Assembly (NCBI RefSeq): GCF_006345805.1
Contig: NC_042999.1
Location: 157,790,001-157,854,000, forward strand
From: Octopus sinensis
Taxonomy: Eukaryota
Length of the DNA stretch: 64,000 nt
Direction: 5' to 3'
A model generated the notes under the pieces. That model was given only the letters and a program-made list of their open reading frames with translations. It was not told where the DNA came from and ran no database searches. The translations under genes and the position numbers were made by a program. Shown here piece after piece: positions 1 through 11,890 of this stretch (its first letter is position 1; the number at the start of each line of letters is the position of its first letter).

Positions 1-242
1 TTAATTTTCTTTCTATCTTATACAAGCTAACTAAATATAAACTCAATCCAATCTATTTAACATTCACTCTATGCTGCATGGTGGTATAGTATGGGCAGAT
101 TTTTGAAATCCATTGAATCTTTATACATTTATACATTTAAACAATTATACAAATATGCTTTTTCAAGGAGATATGATAAACATATTATAATGGGTAAGAC
201 TACGTGTACTTTCTATATTGTGATGTAATCTTTGCACTAACA

Positions 243-343
243 ATATTGCGGCTGAAGAGAGCTTTAAACCATCTTTTATATCAATAATACACTGATGCAA
301 TGACAGATTGTTTATAAAGCTTGAAACACGTGTACCGCGATAT
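243..343 (+). ncRNA. Type I hammerhead ribozyme, canonical core, long stem II
   Basis: Stem I ATATTGCGG(243-251)/CCGCGATAT(335-343); core CTGAAGA 252-258; stem II GAGCTTTA(259-266)/TAAAGCTT(315-322); GAAA 323-326; palindromic stem III ACACGTGT 326-333; GUA cleavage after 334. Only deviation is G10.1-U11.1. Confidence 0.85.
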
Positions 344-372
344 CCTTTGTGTTCTGTTTTTAATTTATATTT

Positions 373-479
373 GGTATATACATACATACATACATACATA
401 CATACAGACATACATACATACATACATACATACATACATACAAACATACATACATACATACATACATACATACATACAT

Positions 480-559
<80 letters not shown>

Positions 560-615
560 AGATTTATTCATGTGTATATGTATATATACTTGTGTATATA
601 TATATAGATATACAT
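373..615. repeat. Compound microsatellite (TACA)n-(CA)n-(TA)n
   Basis: Direct reading; accounts for the MYVC/HTYI-type ORFs. Confidence 0.95.
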
Positions 616-1160
616 GTATATGTACAGATAGCCGACAACTGATGAAGGGTCGTTCTTTATGTTACTTATCCTGTTTTCCATTTGTTTCTCTCATTATTTG
701 CTACTCAACACATTTGTTTTCGTATTTCATGTTGTTTACGGTTTGTAACGTTTTGTACCCATATATGTATGTATGTATGTATGTATGTATTTATGTATGT
801 ATGTATGTATTTATGTATGTATGTATGTATATATGCATGTATATATATTATTTATATTATTATTAGACTGAACGCTATGCATCCATTTCCAAGTAAGTAT
901 ATATGTATGTATATATATGAATAAAAACTGACAATATATTTTTACAAAAAACTTTCTCGTTTGTTCCAATAATCTTATCAGTTATCATTTTTAACTGTCA
1001 AAACGCTAGCTTCTTCATTCAGCACTGAGACTACGTAAACTATTAGTTTCTTTTGCTTGTGTATGCAAATATGGTATTGGTATATCCCATTTATCTTCAT
1101 TTGAAATTAAATAAATAAAGAATTTTGACATGTACAAATATTTATTTCCACCCACTGTAT

Positions 1161-1213
<53 letters not shown>

Positions 1214-1221
1214 CACATAAG

Positions 1222-1392
1222 CACAGGAGTGGTAAGAAGCTTGATTCCCAACCACATGGTTCCGGGTTCAGTCCCACTGCTTGACACCTTGGGCAAGTAT
1301 TTTCTGCTGTAGCCTCGGGCCGGCCCAAAACCTTGTGTGCGGATTTAGGTGACGGAAACTGAAAGAAGCAGGTCGTGTATATATATATATAT
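1222..1392 (+). mobile_element. SINE family A, 5' half
   Basis: tRNA-like A/B boxes, CCTTGGGCAAGT CORE-like motif and GGAAACTGAAAGAAGC as in the other copies. Confidence 0.8.
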
Positions 1393-2170
1393 AGCCATCT
1401 TCCCGAAAAACATAATTGAAAGAGAGCTGGCATACTATATGCCAGCTATTAAATATATATCACGGGGGGGGGGGGTCAAATATGCAACGGTGTGGTTGCT
1501 ATATGACTCCCCCGAAGAAGCTTGCGAATTCGCAAGCCAGCCTCTGGAGGGTAGTAAATTAAATTTTGTTCCTTCCCACTTATTGTGGGAAGAAGTTGAC
1601 GAGGGCTTGGGTCTGCGGTTTGCCACCCGGAATTGAGCCCGAGTGGATAGAGGATGGCAGCAGTACCAAGCTACTCGATGTAAAAATTTTGTCTGCGGAT
1701 GATTGGGAGCGATCAAAAGCTGTTTTGACCCTATGGACCCAATCAGCCGAAAATCTGGTTTTTCCAGATTTTTTAAGGATTGCCGGGTCTAGGTATCCGG
1801 TGATGCTTGAGGGACGCCCCCCCCCCAAGTGTCACCTGTGCCTGAAATCCAGCTATATCAAGAAGAACTGCCCCAAGGACCAAAGCAGGTAATAGAAGTA
1901 CTACTCACTGCTCCCTCAGTGGAAGCCTCCTCGAAAAAAAGGAAGAAAACGAAAGGTGGGCAACAATGGTTGCCCACCGAAGGAACCAAGGGCTGCGGGA
2001 GGAAGGGAGGATCTGCTGGACAAGGCGGAGGAGCTCCAGGAAAAAAAAATGGGACATCGCCCGAGGTTGGTGATACACTGCTGGTGTGTCCCGAAGCATC
2101 TTTGGTGGAAGTTGTGCCACCAGAGATGAAGACTATACAGCCCCTCCGTGATATGCAGGAGGAATTTGTG
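1393..2170 (+). pseudogene. Frameshifted non-LTR retrotransposon ORF1 (gag-like) relic with zinc knuckle
   Basis: YISRGGGVKYATV, then frameshift at an A/T run, then FLPTYCGKKLTRAWVCGLPP ... LEGRPPPKCHLCLKSSYIKKNCP (CX2CX4YX4C at 1830-1871). Homologous to 29157-29630. Confidence 0.7.
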
Positions 2171-2270
2171 GTTCTGGGGCTGATTTGTATTAATAAAACC
2201 CCTCAAGACAGTTTCCCAGCATGACCGCAGTCAAATGGCTGAAACATGTAAAAGAGAAAAGATAAAAGAT
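2170..2270 (+). mobile_element. SINE family A-type 3' tail
   Basis: CCCAGCATGACCGCAGTCAAATGGCTGAAAC followed by (AAAAGAG)-like tail. Confidence 0.75.
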
Positions 2271-2359
2271 ACAAAAAATAACCCCCCACCACTCTTTTCT
2301 TAGTTCTCATCCCAACCAGTTTCCATCTCTATAATATCTTCCTTTGTAAACTACTTACA

Positions 2360-2460
2360 GCATCATATACCGCTTTAATTCTGTATATCAATGATCTCAC
2401 TTTCTTCAGCTTAAGCCATATTCACCTTACCAATGATGATCCCAACCAACCTCTGACTTT
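2360..2460 (+). pseudogene. Possible highly decayed LINE reverse transcriptase fragment
   Basis: LILYINDL at about 2376-2399 followed by HLTNDD (FADD-like); very short match. Confidence 0.3.
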
Positions 2461-3857
2461 ATGTATTCTTACTCAATTTTAAACTGAAGGGACTTCACAT
2501 CCTGCAACGTATCAAATTTTCTGAAAAGTTTCCATCAACAATCATCATTATACAAACCTGTGCTGATCGTCTGCCACTAGTTTACCAAGGTAGCTACTTG
2601 GCTTTCTCTTTCTAGACTCCCTCTGATGCTGGTGGCATCGATTTGATGTCACTATCCTGAATTTATTCAAACGTCTCTTCCCTCGAAATATGTGGCCTTA
2701 AATCTATGCTAGAAATAAACTTCTAGTGTTTCCAGTTCGAACATATGTCTTGCATTCCATATACAGACATCGTCCATGCATAATTTTATCAACTCATAGC
2801 AGGCCTGCACATCTTCCATTAGGATAGACTTTCAACAGACCTTTGTGTTTAACAAATTAGTTACATGAAGAAGGACAATGTGCATGATCTTTTCAGCGTG
2901 CTTCTGACTGGTGGAAGAACTTATTCTGAGGTCAAAACTTTGGCTTGACTGTTTGAGACAGATTGTTGCCTTAAACTGGGCAATGGATTAAGTCTCCTTT
3001 CCTTTAAGAGGAAAACCGCCCCCAACGCACTTCCACACATTTTTTTGTTTATCAAATATTCTTCGCAAGATTATGGCAGAAGACACTTTACAATCGTACT
3101 GCATAATGGAATCGAACCAGAAATCACGTACTTGATAAACGAACTTCGTAAGCACACAGCTATGATGCATCCATCTTGCAACAGAAGCTCTGCAATCTTG
3201 TACAGCAGTCAATTTAATTTAATCTCTCTGACACGGGAAATCTTCATCATACCGATATATCATACAAAATTAATTAATCCATATGTTACATGTGATATTG
3301 TGTAATTTTCCTCCAAGACCAATTGCTAAATACTAACCATCCGATGGTTTATTATGGACATTACCTGACAAATAAATAGTCAGACGTAGGAGAGCAGAAT
3401 GGTTCAAACTGTCAACGTTTGTATCTTTAGGTTGAATATCAATCCATTAAAACTTTGTAAGACATCCTGAATAATCTCGTGATTGTACAAAATAAAATAA
3501 AAAAAACTAAACAAAAATAACAGAAAGAGATGGCCGAATTAATGTATATCCTCAAAAGTAAGGAACGTAACTCTTCTCTAGTCAAAGAAGGGATACATTT
3601 TTTTAACACTAGTTTCATTTAAAATAAGAACGAGTGAGTTTTACGTTGTCGCACGACAACAACCGAATCTCCTTCAAATCACTTTCTATCACCTTTAAAA
3701 AGAACACGTTGGATCACTTGGCTCTGAGTTCCTTGCAGATCGGAAAAAGAGGAAATCGCCAAGGTTGGCATGTCTTTGGTTTTAGGCCTGCTCGGTCAGA
3801 TTTTACTTGGGGCTAAACAGCTGTAACAATAACTAGTTGCATCATTCTCTTTAATAG

Positions 3858-4240
3858 TGGAGGCGCAATGGCCCAGTGGTTAGGGCAGCGGACTCGCGGT
3901 CGTAGGATCGCAGTTTCGATTCCCAGACCGGGCATTGTGAGTGTTTATTGAGCGAAAACACCTAAAGCTTCACAAGGCTCCTGCAGGGGATGGCAGGTAA
4001 ACCCTGCTGTACTCTTTCACCACAAGTTTCTCTCCCTCTTTCTTCCTGTTTCTGTTGTACCTGTATTTCGAAGGGCCAGCCTTGTCACACTCTGTGTCAC
4101 GCTGAATATCCCCGAGAACTACGTTAAGGGTGCACGTGTCTGTGGAGTGCTCAGCCACTTGCACGTTAATTCCACGAGCAAGCTGTTCCGTTGATCGTAT
4201 CAGCTGGGACCCTCATTGTCGTAAGCGACGGAGTGCTCCT
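3858..4240 (+). mobile_element. SINE family C (tRNA head GGAGGCGCAATGGCCCAGTGG), tail type 1
   Basis: A box TGGCCCAGTGG, B box GTTTCGATTCC; inverse copy at 5222-5599. Confidence 0.9.
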
Positions 4241-5221
4241 ACCTCTCTTTAATAACTCACAAAATAAACGAAAAGATTCACATTTACTCTCTAATTGAAT
4301 ACATTTAATTCTTTAAATATTTTTTATCCTTTTACTCTATGTAAGTAACTAAGATTGCCGTTGAAATATATTGAATTAGCGCATTAATCATTCAAAGAAT
4401 AAAACCCAGAAGGGACTGTGAAGGAATGATCTAAAAAAGTTGATGTATAGATCAGGTAAGAGCAACAACGTCAAAAATATAATCAAGTCTTATCAGAGAT
4501 CATTTTGTCTGTGATGTTTCGAATTTTCTTTTGATGTTAATGTTAAAAACTTGTGAATATTGCCAAGTATACCAATGTCAGGGAAAAAAAAGGATATGAA
4601 TTTCTTTGTCACATCAAAATATGAGTCAATATTGATCTACAGAAACTATCACTGTCCAATTTTCGAGAATATCGCTGATTATCGGATGACGTTTCGAAAG
4701 GCGAAGAAAAAAATTTCTTACTTGCTTTTTCTTACCCTCATCTTCGAAGCAACCGTTCTGTTTCCATTATAGAATTTCAATCCTCAAAATGGTCATGACA
4801 TTGTATAAGGTACATCTGGGAAAATATCGATCATTTCCAGTATTCTGTAAATCGCAATATTTAAAATTCTTTTTAGAGTTTAAAGAAATAATTCACAATA
4901 GAATGACGATCTGCAAAATCCATGTGTAAGCATCGTTTCACATCTAAAGCTGAACCTAATATAATGTTGGAAATATTTCGAATCAGAATTACTGACGTCA
5001 TATCAAGGAAAGATATTACTTAGTGGCAGCATTATTTACAGAGTCATTTTATAAAATGTTACTTATCCTCTTTTCTTATATATTTATTTTTATCCAAGGA
5101 ATTAAATTTTATTCTCATTCTCAAAATTCTATAGATTTTAAATCTAAGGTACACCAAGTGAACAAAAATGCGTTTGCTATAATTCTAACCATGTGAATAC
5201 TATAATAATTCTTATGGATGG

Positions 5222-5599
5222 AAGCACTCCGTCGGTTATGACGACGAGGGTTCCGCTTGTTCCGAATCAACAGAACAGCCCGCTCGTGAAATTAACGTGT
5301 AAGTGGCTGAGCACTCCACAGACACGTGTACCCTTAACGTAGTTCTCGGGGATATTCAGCGTGACACTGAGAGTGACAAGGCCGGCCCTTTGAAATACAG
5401 GTACAGCAGAAACAGGAAGTAAGAGTGAGAGAAAGTTGTGGTGAAAGAGTACAGCAGGGATCACCACCACCCCCTGCCGGAGCTTCGTGGAGCTTTAGGT
5501 GTTTTCGCTCAATAAACACTCACAACGCCCGGTCTGGGAATCGAAACCGCGATCCTACGACCGCGAGTCCGCTGCCCTAACCACTGGGCCATTGCACCT
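5222..5599 (-). mobile_element. SINE family C, tail type 1
   Basis: Reverse complement of 3858-4240. Confidence 0.9.
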
Positions 5600-6074
5600 C
5601 AATAATTCTTATAGTGTTTAATTAACGCAATAAACGTGAACTTTATAATTATTTGTTCGATCTGTATATCTCAGATAGAAAACAAACAAGAATAAAATAA
5701 TCCCTAACATTTAATCGATTAAATCTGTTCAAATACTTGGCTAGTAACTATTTTATTTACCTTGCAGGATACAAATTCCATTAAAAAAGCATGCTTTACT
5801 AATTTTATAATCCACTATAAAATGTATTTTATCGTAAGAGCCGTGTTTCTCTCTCGGTCCATCACACGCTCAGATCAAAATGATTTTCAATTATCTTGAT
5901 TTCTAATTTCTTAATCAAGGAGGAAAGTAATACCTGTAAGCCGTCTCATGACATCTTGAGTGTCAGGTGGGGGTGTTCACCCAAATAGGCTGCGTTGGGA
6001 TTTGAACTCAGAAGCATCGAAGGTCTTTCCCGAGCCATATGCTCATAAGGTCGACTACCTGGATTATGTAGCGT

Positions 6075-6270
6075 ATATATTGTAACCCCTCCCTGGACGG
6101 GACACCAAATCCGTCGAGGCATACTCATTTTTGCCAGCTGAGTGGACTGGAACAATGTGAAATGAAGTATTTTGTTCAAGAACACAACGCATCACCCGGT
6201 CTAGTAATCGAAACCACAATCTTATGATCATGGGCACAATGCCCTAACCACTAAGCCACGCACCTACAGA
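6075..6270 (-). mobile_element. SINE family D copy
   Basis: tRNA head on minus strand plus GTTCTTGAACAAAA..CAGTCCACTCAGCTG core shared with 18778-19115 and 21365-21530. Confidence 0.7.
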
Positions 6271-7112
6271 AGGATGTGAACTCAAAAGGCAAAGAGAAGT
6301 AACCAATGCTGTAAAGCGCATGTTCTATCGTTCTTTCAGTTTCACCGGTCCACTGCCTTGAATAGGCACTTTTTTTGCTAATCGATTCGAGAGGCAAAAA
6401 TTGACATTGGCAGGATTTGAACTTAGAACGCAGAGACTCGGAGCAAGTGCTGCATGGGGGTGGGGGGTGTCTGTGTCACGCTCTAACAGATCAGCCAATT
6501 CGCTACCAGTTGTAAAGAAATAACAATAAAAACAACCAGTGAATATATTCAACTTAATTCATTTGTGCAAAGTAAGAAAAAACATGGTTTATATCAGATT
6601 TTTCCTCACATTCCATTGAAAAATAAAGTGGCCACCAATATTTCACTCTCAAATGCAATAAACTGTATGATGAAAGTAAAAAAAAAAAGAAATGACAAGA
6701 CGGGGATGACAGGAAGAAGAAAGGGAAAGAAATAGCGACACATTTAAAATGCTGTAAATGTATCTTATTTCAATTTCTTCCTTCGACCACTTAAAATTAT
6801 CTATTTTTGAGGTGGCTAAATTATTTTACTGAAACCGTCTATCGGTAAAAGAGTTAATTCTCTTATTTGTCAGGTAAATATATAATTTTCGCCTAAGTAT
6901 TTACTGATATAAATCATTGGTGGAAATTAGAATAAAGATAGTGAAAGCATTCCTTATATGAATAAAAATAATCACTGTTTATGTATAAGTAAGTTTTAGC
7001 AAGATTATTTCATTGAAATGTTATGTTAATAATATGAGCAAAATGATTATAAAACGTCCACTATGAAATTCATCGTCCGACCTTTTTACATCATGAAAAT
7101 CAAGACGTATTC

Positions 7113-7180
7113 GCGAATTATTTACATTATTTACATTTGACGGATATTTGTCCTCATCTTGCTTGTTGTTAACACAACGT
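7113..7180 (-). repeat. Inverted copy of the tail of the 7263-7545 element
   Basis: Reverse complement of 7460-7527; begins at the ACGT stem III palindrome. Confidence 0.85.
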
Positions 7181-7262
7181 GAATTTTTAGGGCTTATAAA
7201 TCTAATATTTTCCTATCCTTCCTTAATACCAGTTCCCATATGCTATTAATCTCGGTCTGATT

Positions 7263-7545
7263 AGGAGGTTGTTGTGGCTTAGTGGTTAAGAGTACGGGCT
7301 ACTAACCCCAAGATTCCGAGTACGATTCCAGGCTGTGACCTGATTAATAATAGTAATAATAATAATAATAATAACATCGAAAAATACCTTTGGAATGAGA
7401 ACCCAGGTTCGAAATTTCCTCAAGAGACCTGATTAAGGTTGGAGGGTATATCAGCCGAAACGTTGTGTTAACAACAAACAAGATGAGGACAAATATCTGT
7501 CAAATGTAAATAATGTAAATAATTCCTCATCTCTTAAATATAGAA
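7263..7545 (+). mobile_element. tRNA-headed element with (AAT)n and a degenerate minimal hammerhead (7424-7469)
   Basis: A box TGGCTTAGTGG, B-box-like GAGTACGATTCC; CTGATTA-A-GGTTG..CAGCC-GAAA-CGT-T; G8 to U and one stem I mismatch. Confidence 0.65.
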
Positions 7546-8689
7546 TTGTTAGCGAATCTTATTCAGTCAGGTATATGGCATGCGCCTCTTCACCACTACC
7601 ATGATTGAAGTCGGGAATTGAATTACAAATTTCGGGCTATCGGCGACTAAACAATGATGAATTCTGAGAAGTCACAGCCTTAGTACTACGGAAGTAACCA
7701 TTGCCTCCGAGGACAAAAGTAATAATATTAACACTGAATATCCCGAAAACAAAGACAGCAGAGAATGTCTTCATGGGAATAAATCTACACAAAGAGAAGA
7801 GGGTCCCTTTAACCTTGGCTGGTAAGCCCTTAAAGATGGAAACAGGCCCTAACACCAATAATAAATACAGAATATATAAATATAGGAATATAAATAAAAC
7901 AAAACATACAGGCAACCCACCCACGCATGAGAAACCGTCACCGGAATTTGATCAGAGCACTACCCGACTCTCACCAAATTCTGCCTCCATCTACTTCATA
8001 TCCAAACACTCATAATGTTCATTCTCGAAGATGCCTCGGAAAATCCCCTAGCCCCACCCCCCGCTGACGGCTAAGGTATAACTTCATAGACACTTAAATT
8101 AGTTCTTATATGTTGTCTGTTGTTTGTAAATTCCACGTACCCCTGCTCTTGTCCTCCTCAATCTGTACTTTATCTTTTCCTACACAATTGCATCATTATT
8201 GTTGTTGGTATGTCATGTTTGTAACTGACTGTATACGTGAGTTTATCTATTTCCTTCATTGTTCTTTTGTTATTCTTTTCATTAAACGTCGTTTATTTTG
8301 TTAAAATTCGTTTTCATGTAATCAGATTTATCTTTTATATTTAATTCTAAGTTTTTGGAAGACGTGCTACTTATTTTTTTATTAATATCTCTTCAACAGA
8401 GGAAACTATATTGAATCAAATGTAAACACACAAAAAATACTTTCAGAAAAATAAAATAATGTCTGACGGGCATATTTTATGTTTACTTCTCATATGGAGG
8501 TGGACGTACACGTGTTACAAAGTCTCCTGTTTGAAAAAGAACATGTTAGTCTAGAAAATTCAGGAGAAGAATTCAGTTTTCTAAGAGCGTTCTAAATACT
8601 TCAAAATACACACTGGAAAAAAAATTGTTGGTCTGAAAAGTGGTGGCGATTCTTTGGACAAAAACAGTTTGGCTTCAACACAAAACAAT

Positions 8690-9040
8690 TTTGTCAAAAC
8701 AAACACTTGTTTGTACGCTTCTTCTACACAATATAGAGGAACGAAACACAAGAATACGGACGCGGGTTCTTGTCCTGTTGTCATCTTTGCAACATAGTAC
8801 AGGCAAATGGTGAGCTCTGTGGTAACACACAGCACCATGTGCTCGATTGGGGTGTGCATAGACATGCAGATCCTTATGAACCCTTGAAGGTCACAAGGCT
8901 ATTCCGAAGTTATACGTCATTGTGGAAAGGCAATCAGTTTGGGGGTACAAAGCAGAAAGCACAGTTGCTACATGTGTAGGAGTAACAACTACTGGAATGC
9001 GTTTTGCCCAGAAGAGTTGGAAAAGGAGAGGAGATAAGAT
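8690..9040 (+). pseudogene. Third gag-like ORF1 relic with zinc knuckle
   Basis: CYMCRSNNYWNAFCPEE (CX2CX4YX4C, 8966-9007), not in the ORF track; weak upstream similarity (STQYRG) to the other ORF1 relics. Confidence 0.5.
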
Positions 9041-9427
9041 GATGAATAATAGTGGAGGTAACAAAAGAAACTCATCTCCGAAAAAGACAGCCCTGTTCAT
9101 ACCACTAGAGCATTGGGATAAAAAAAATAAACTTAATCAAAGATAAACTTGGGACTAATATAGTGAATTATCAAAATGTTATTTCACTTGAATATTACAT
9201 CCAACACGAGTTTCTGAGGGAAAAAGGGATGAGGAACATGAATTCAAAACACGTTAGCGAATGTGTCGAAATTCATAATAAACAGTAACAAGATTCCTGA
9301 ATAGAATTAATAGAAAGAATACACAGAGAAAAACAAAATGAAGCAACCAACTACTCATAAAAAATAACGACCCACAAACTAATGAAAATAATGCAAAAGA
9401 ACGCGCAGCATACAAAAAGCTAAAACT

Positions 9428-9806
9428 TGGTTCCGGGTTCAGTCCCACTGCGTGGCATCTTGGGCTAGTGTCTTCTGCTATAGCCTCGGGCCGACCAAAG
9501 CCTTGTGAGTGGATTTGGTAGATGGAAACTGAAAGAAGCCAGACGTATATATGTATATATATATATATATGTATGTGTGTGTATATGTTTGTGTGTCTGT
9601 GTTTGTTCCTCTCGCATTGCTTGACAACCGGTGCTGGTGTGTTTACATCCCCGTCACTTAGCGGTTCGGCAAAAAGAGACCGATAGAATAAGTACTGGGC
9701 TTACAAAGAATAAGTCCCGGAGTCGATTTGCTCGACCAAAGGCGGTGCTCCAGCATGGCCGCAGTCAAATGACTGAAACAAGTAAAAAAGAGAGTAAAAA
9801 AGAGAG
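9428..9806 (+). mobile_element. SINE family A, 5'-truncated
   Basis: Family consensus with internal TA/TG microsatellite and GACTGAAACAAGTAAAA tail. Confidence 0.9.
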
Positions 9807-10045
9807 CTACGCAACAGAAACGATTATGCACCGATAAAGAAGTCACGAAATAAACAAAGAAACTTTACAGTAAATCAAAAGCATGCAAAGGTAACAATGA
9901 ACTAAAACCTAAAATGAATATAAAAATCACAGAAGTCCCCGTGGAAATATACAGCAGATGACATATAATCGACCTTAACAACAAGAATAAAATCATCCCA
10001 TACCAATATAGATCATTCAGAGTTAACATCGATGAAGACCTAACA

Positions 10046-10446
10046 TCTTTATATATAAAAGAGAAGTTGTGTGAGTGTCTGTCTCCTACGATTTAGATTC
10101 GTAACTACTCCCACATTTTGCGGTGCAGTGTAACCAAAAGCAGGTATCTTATAGTCATGATTCATATCGAGCCCTTCTGGGTATTAGCGCGCGTCTACGA
10201 TGAGTCTACGATTTAAAAAAAAAGTACCATAATTTTTTCCCATTTTTAATCCATTTTTTTTGCTATTATATAAGGGAAGTAACTCTCTAAAAATGTATTA
10301 TTAAATCTCAGAACGTAAAAAGCTACAGTAACACCCCCCCCTTTGTGGTTAGCCATATTGAGATGGCTATTATACTTTACATCTTTAAAAATGCTTATAT
10401 AGTTATTTCCCTTACAAACCCGAGCAACGCCGGGCGATACTGCTTG
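10046..10446 (+). mobile_element. Non-autonomous Helitron
   Basis: A|TCTTTATATATAAAA 5' end; 3' hairpin CCCGAGCAACGCCGGG then CTTG|T (CTAG-like). Confidence 0.65.
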
Positions 10447-10611
10447 TAATTATTAAAAGAAAATAGAAGAAAGCTTTACAAAATCGTTTAATATGGATCA
10501 ACTTAAACTTCTGCTAAAGCTACATTCAACATAGAGTTCTGTGACAGAACGATTAAAAGCAACATGTCCCAGCAAGAAATTATGCATACGCTTGTATACC
10601 AGGAGAATATC

Positions 10612-10833
10612 TATTTCTTTACTGCCCACAAGGGGCTAAACACAGAGAGGACAAACAAGGACAGACAAACGGATTAAGTCGATTATATCGACCCCAGTGC
10701 GTAACTGGTACTTATTTAATCGACCCCGAAAGGATGAAAGGCAAAGTCGACCTCGGCGGAATTTGAACTCAGAACGTAACGGCAGACGAAATACCGCTAA
10801 GCATTTCACCCAGCGTGCTAACGTTTCTGCCAC
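10612..10833 (-). mobile_element. SINE family B
   Basis: tRNA-like head plus central GCCTTTCATCCTTTCGGGGTCGAT..AAGTACCAG domain (Meta/MESC-like from memory). Confidence 0.85.
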
Positions 10834-10933
10834 CAGGAGAATATCAATAGACTGAATAAGTCAATCATTCATTAGTGGTTATATGGAGGGAAGACGGGCT
10901 TGATCTTAATAGAGCCTGATCATCATCAGAGAA

Positions 10934-11313
10934 TCTATTATATAAAATCCGTTGTGTCTGTGTGTCTTCTAGGATCTCGGGCATCCTCCATCCGATTGCG
11001 CTTTAAATTTGATATGTAGATACCGACGGTATCAGGGCGTGTATAAGTCTTGAAAAATATACAAAATCGATTCCAGGTGAGAATGCGATCGATAAAGCCG
11101 TGGGAACGTGCATTTGTACGCGCAAGTGCATCTGCTGTTGCGATCGATACTACGCGTACGTGAGAAAAATGCACGTGCAGTTTGCACAAAAAAAAGCCGG
11201 CTGTTTTGAAATAATGCCAGAAAATGGGACAGTCGGACAAGTTGTTTTGAGAAAATTTTGGTTTAAATGTTTGACAACTCAGCACCGTCCACCGGGTGGG
11301 GGCGTTTTGCTCG
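10934..11313 (+). mobile_element. Non-autonomous Helitron, family 2, short form
   Basis: A|TCTATTATATAAAA start; GC-rich 3' hairpin then CTCG|T; both ends shared with 34190-35008. Confidence 0.7.
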
Positions 11314-11453
11314 TATACTATATAAAAACTAAAACAAAAACAAAAACAAAAAACGGTAAAACCTAGCTTTACTAAGAGGAAAGGTCAAATATGGAAACCT
11401 AAAAAGCACCCAGATAATTGAAAAACGTATTGAGAAAAAAAGATACTCTAGAA

Positions 11454-11701
11454 CAGAGGTTCTTAACAGGGGTCCACATGACCTCTGAGGGTTCATATAA
11501 AGATTTTGTTGTTAACATTTATGAGCAATAAATTAATTGTACCTCTACAATACGCAAAGTATTTTAACAATATTTTTATATAAAATTCCTAATAATATTC
11601 AATTATAAAAATATAATATGACTTTTTTAACATGAGAGCCCAGTAGAGTATGATAGGCATCAACGAGGTTCATAGGTGAAAAAAGGGGCTGAGAGTTACT
11701 A
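11454..11701. mobile_element. hAT (Charlie-like) MITE
   Basis: CAGAGGTTCTTAAC start; 8-bp TSD CTCTAGAA/CACTAGAA (1 mismatch); related ends at 13516 and 14569. Confidence 0.55.
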
Positions 11702-11782
11702 CACTAGAAAAAAAAAGAATGGTTTAAACAAAACATATTAACAAAATTAGGCGGGATTGGCAGCTTTGGAAGAAGTGAGCGC

Positions 11783-11890
11783 GGATCTTTTCGGTTTGGC
11801 GGGCAGTTTTTTTTAGCGGTGTCATATGAAATTGTCACCCATAATTATGACCCTAGTATCGATCTATTGCATTTCAATGTGTTTTACGTA
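11783..11890. mobile_element. Truncated copy of the GGATCTTTTCGG-TIR MITE
   Basis: Matches the left end of 50793-51215. Confidence 0.7.

Noticed and set aside
645-700. CTGATGAAGGG as a hammerhead core (also CTGAAGAAGGG at 48987)
   Set aside because: No downstream stem II-GAAA-stem III; the type II permutation pairs poorly.
163-924. [12 protein letters not shown]-type ORFs here and throughout the window
   Set aside because: Microsatellite translations.
3858-3935. tRNA genes at SINE heads
   Set aside because: No acceptor stem closure, and they continue into SINE bodies present in many copies.
7701-8015. 104-aa ORF as a host gene
   Set aside because: No recognisable domain or splice context; possibly a retroelement remnant.
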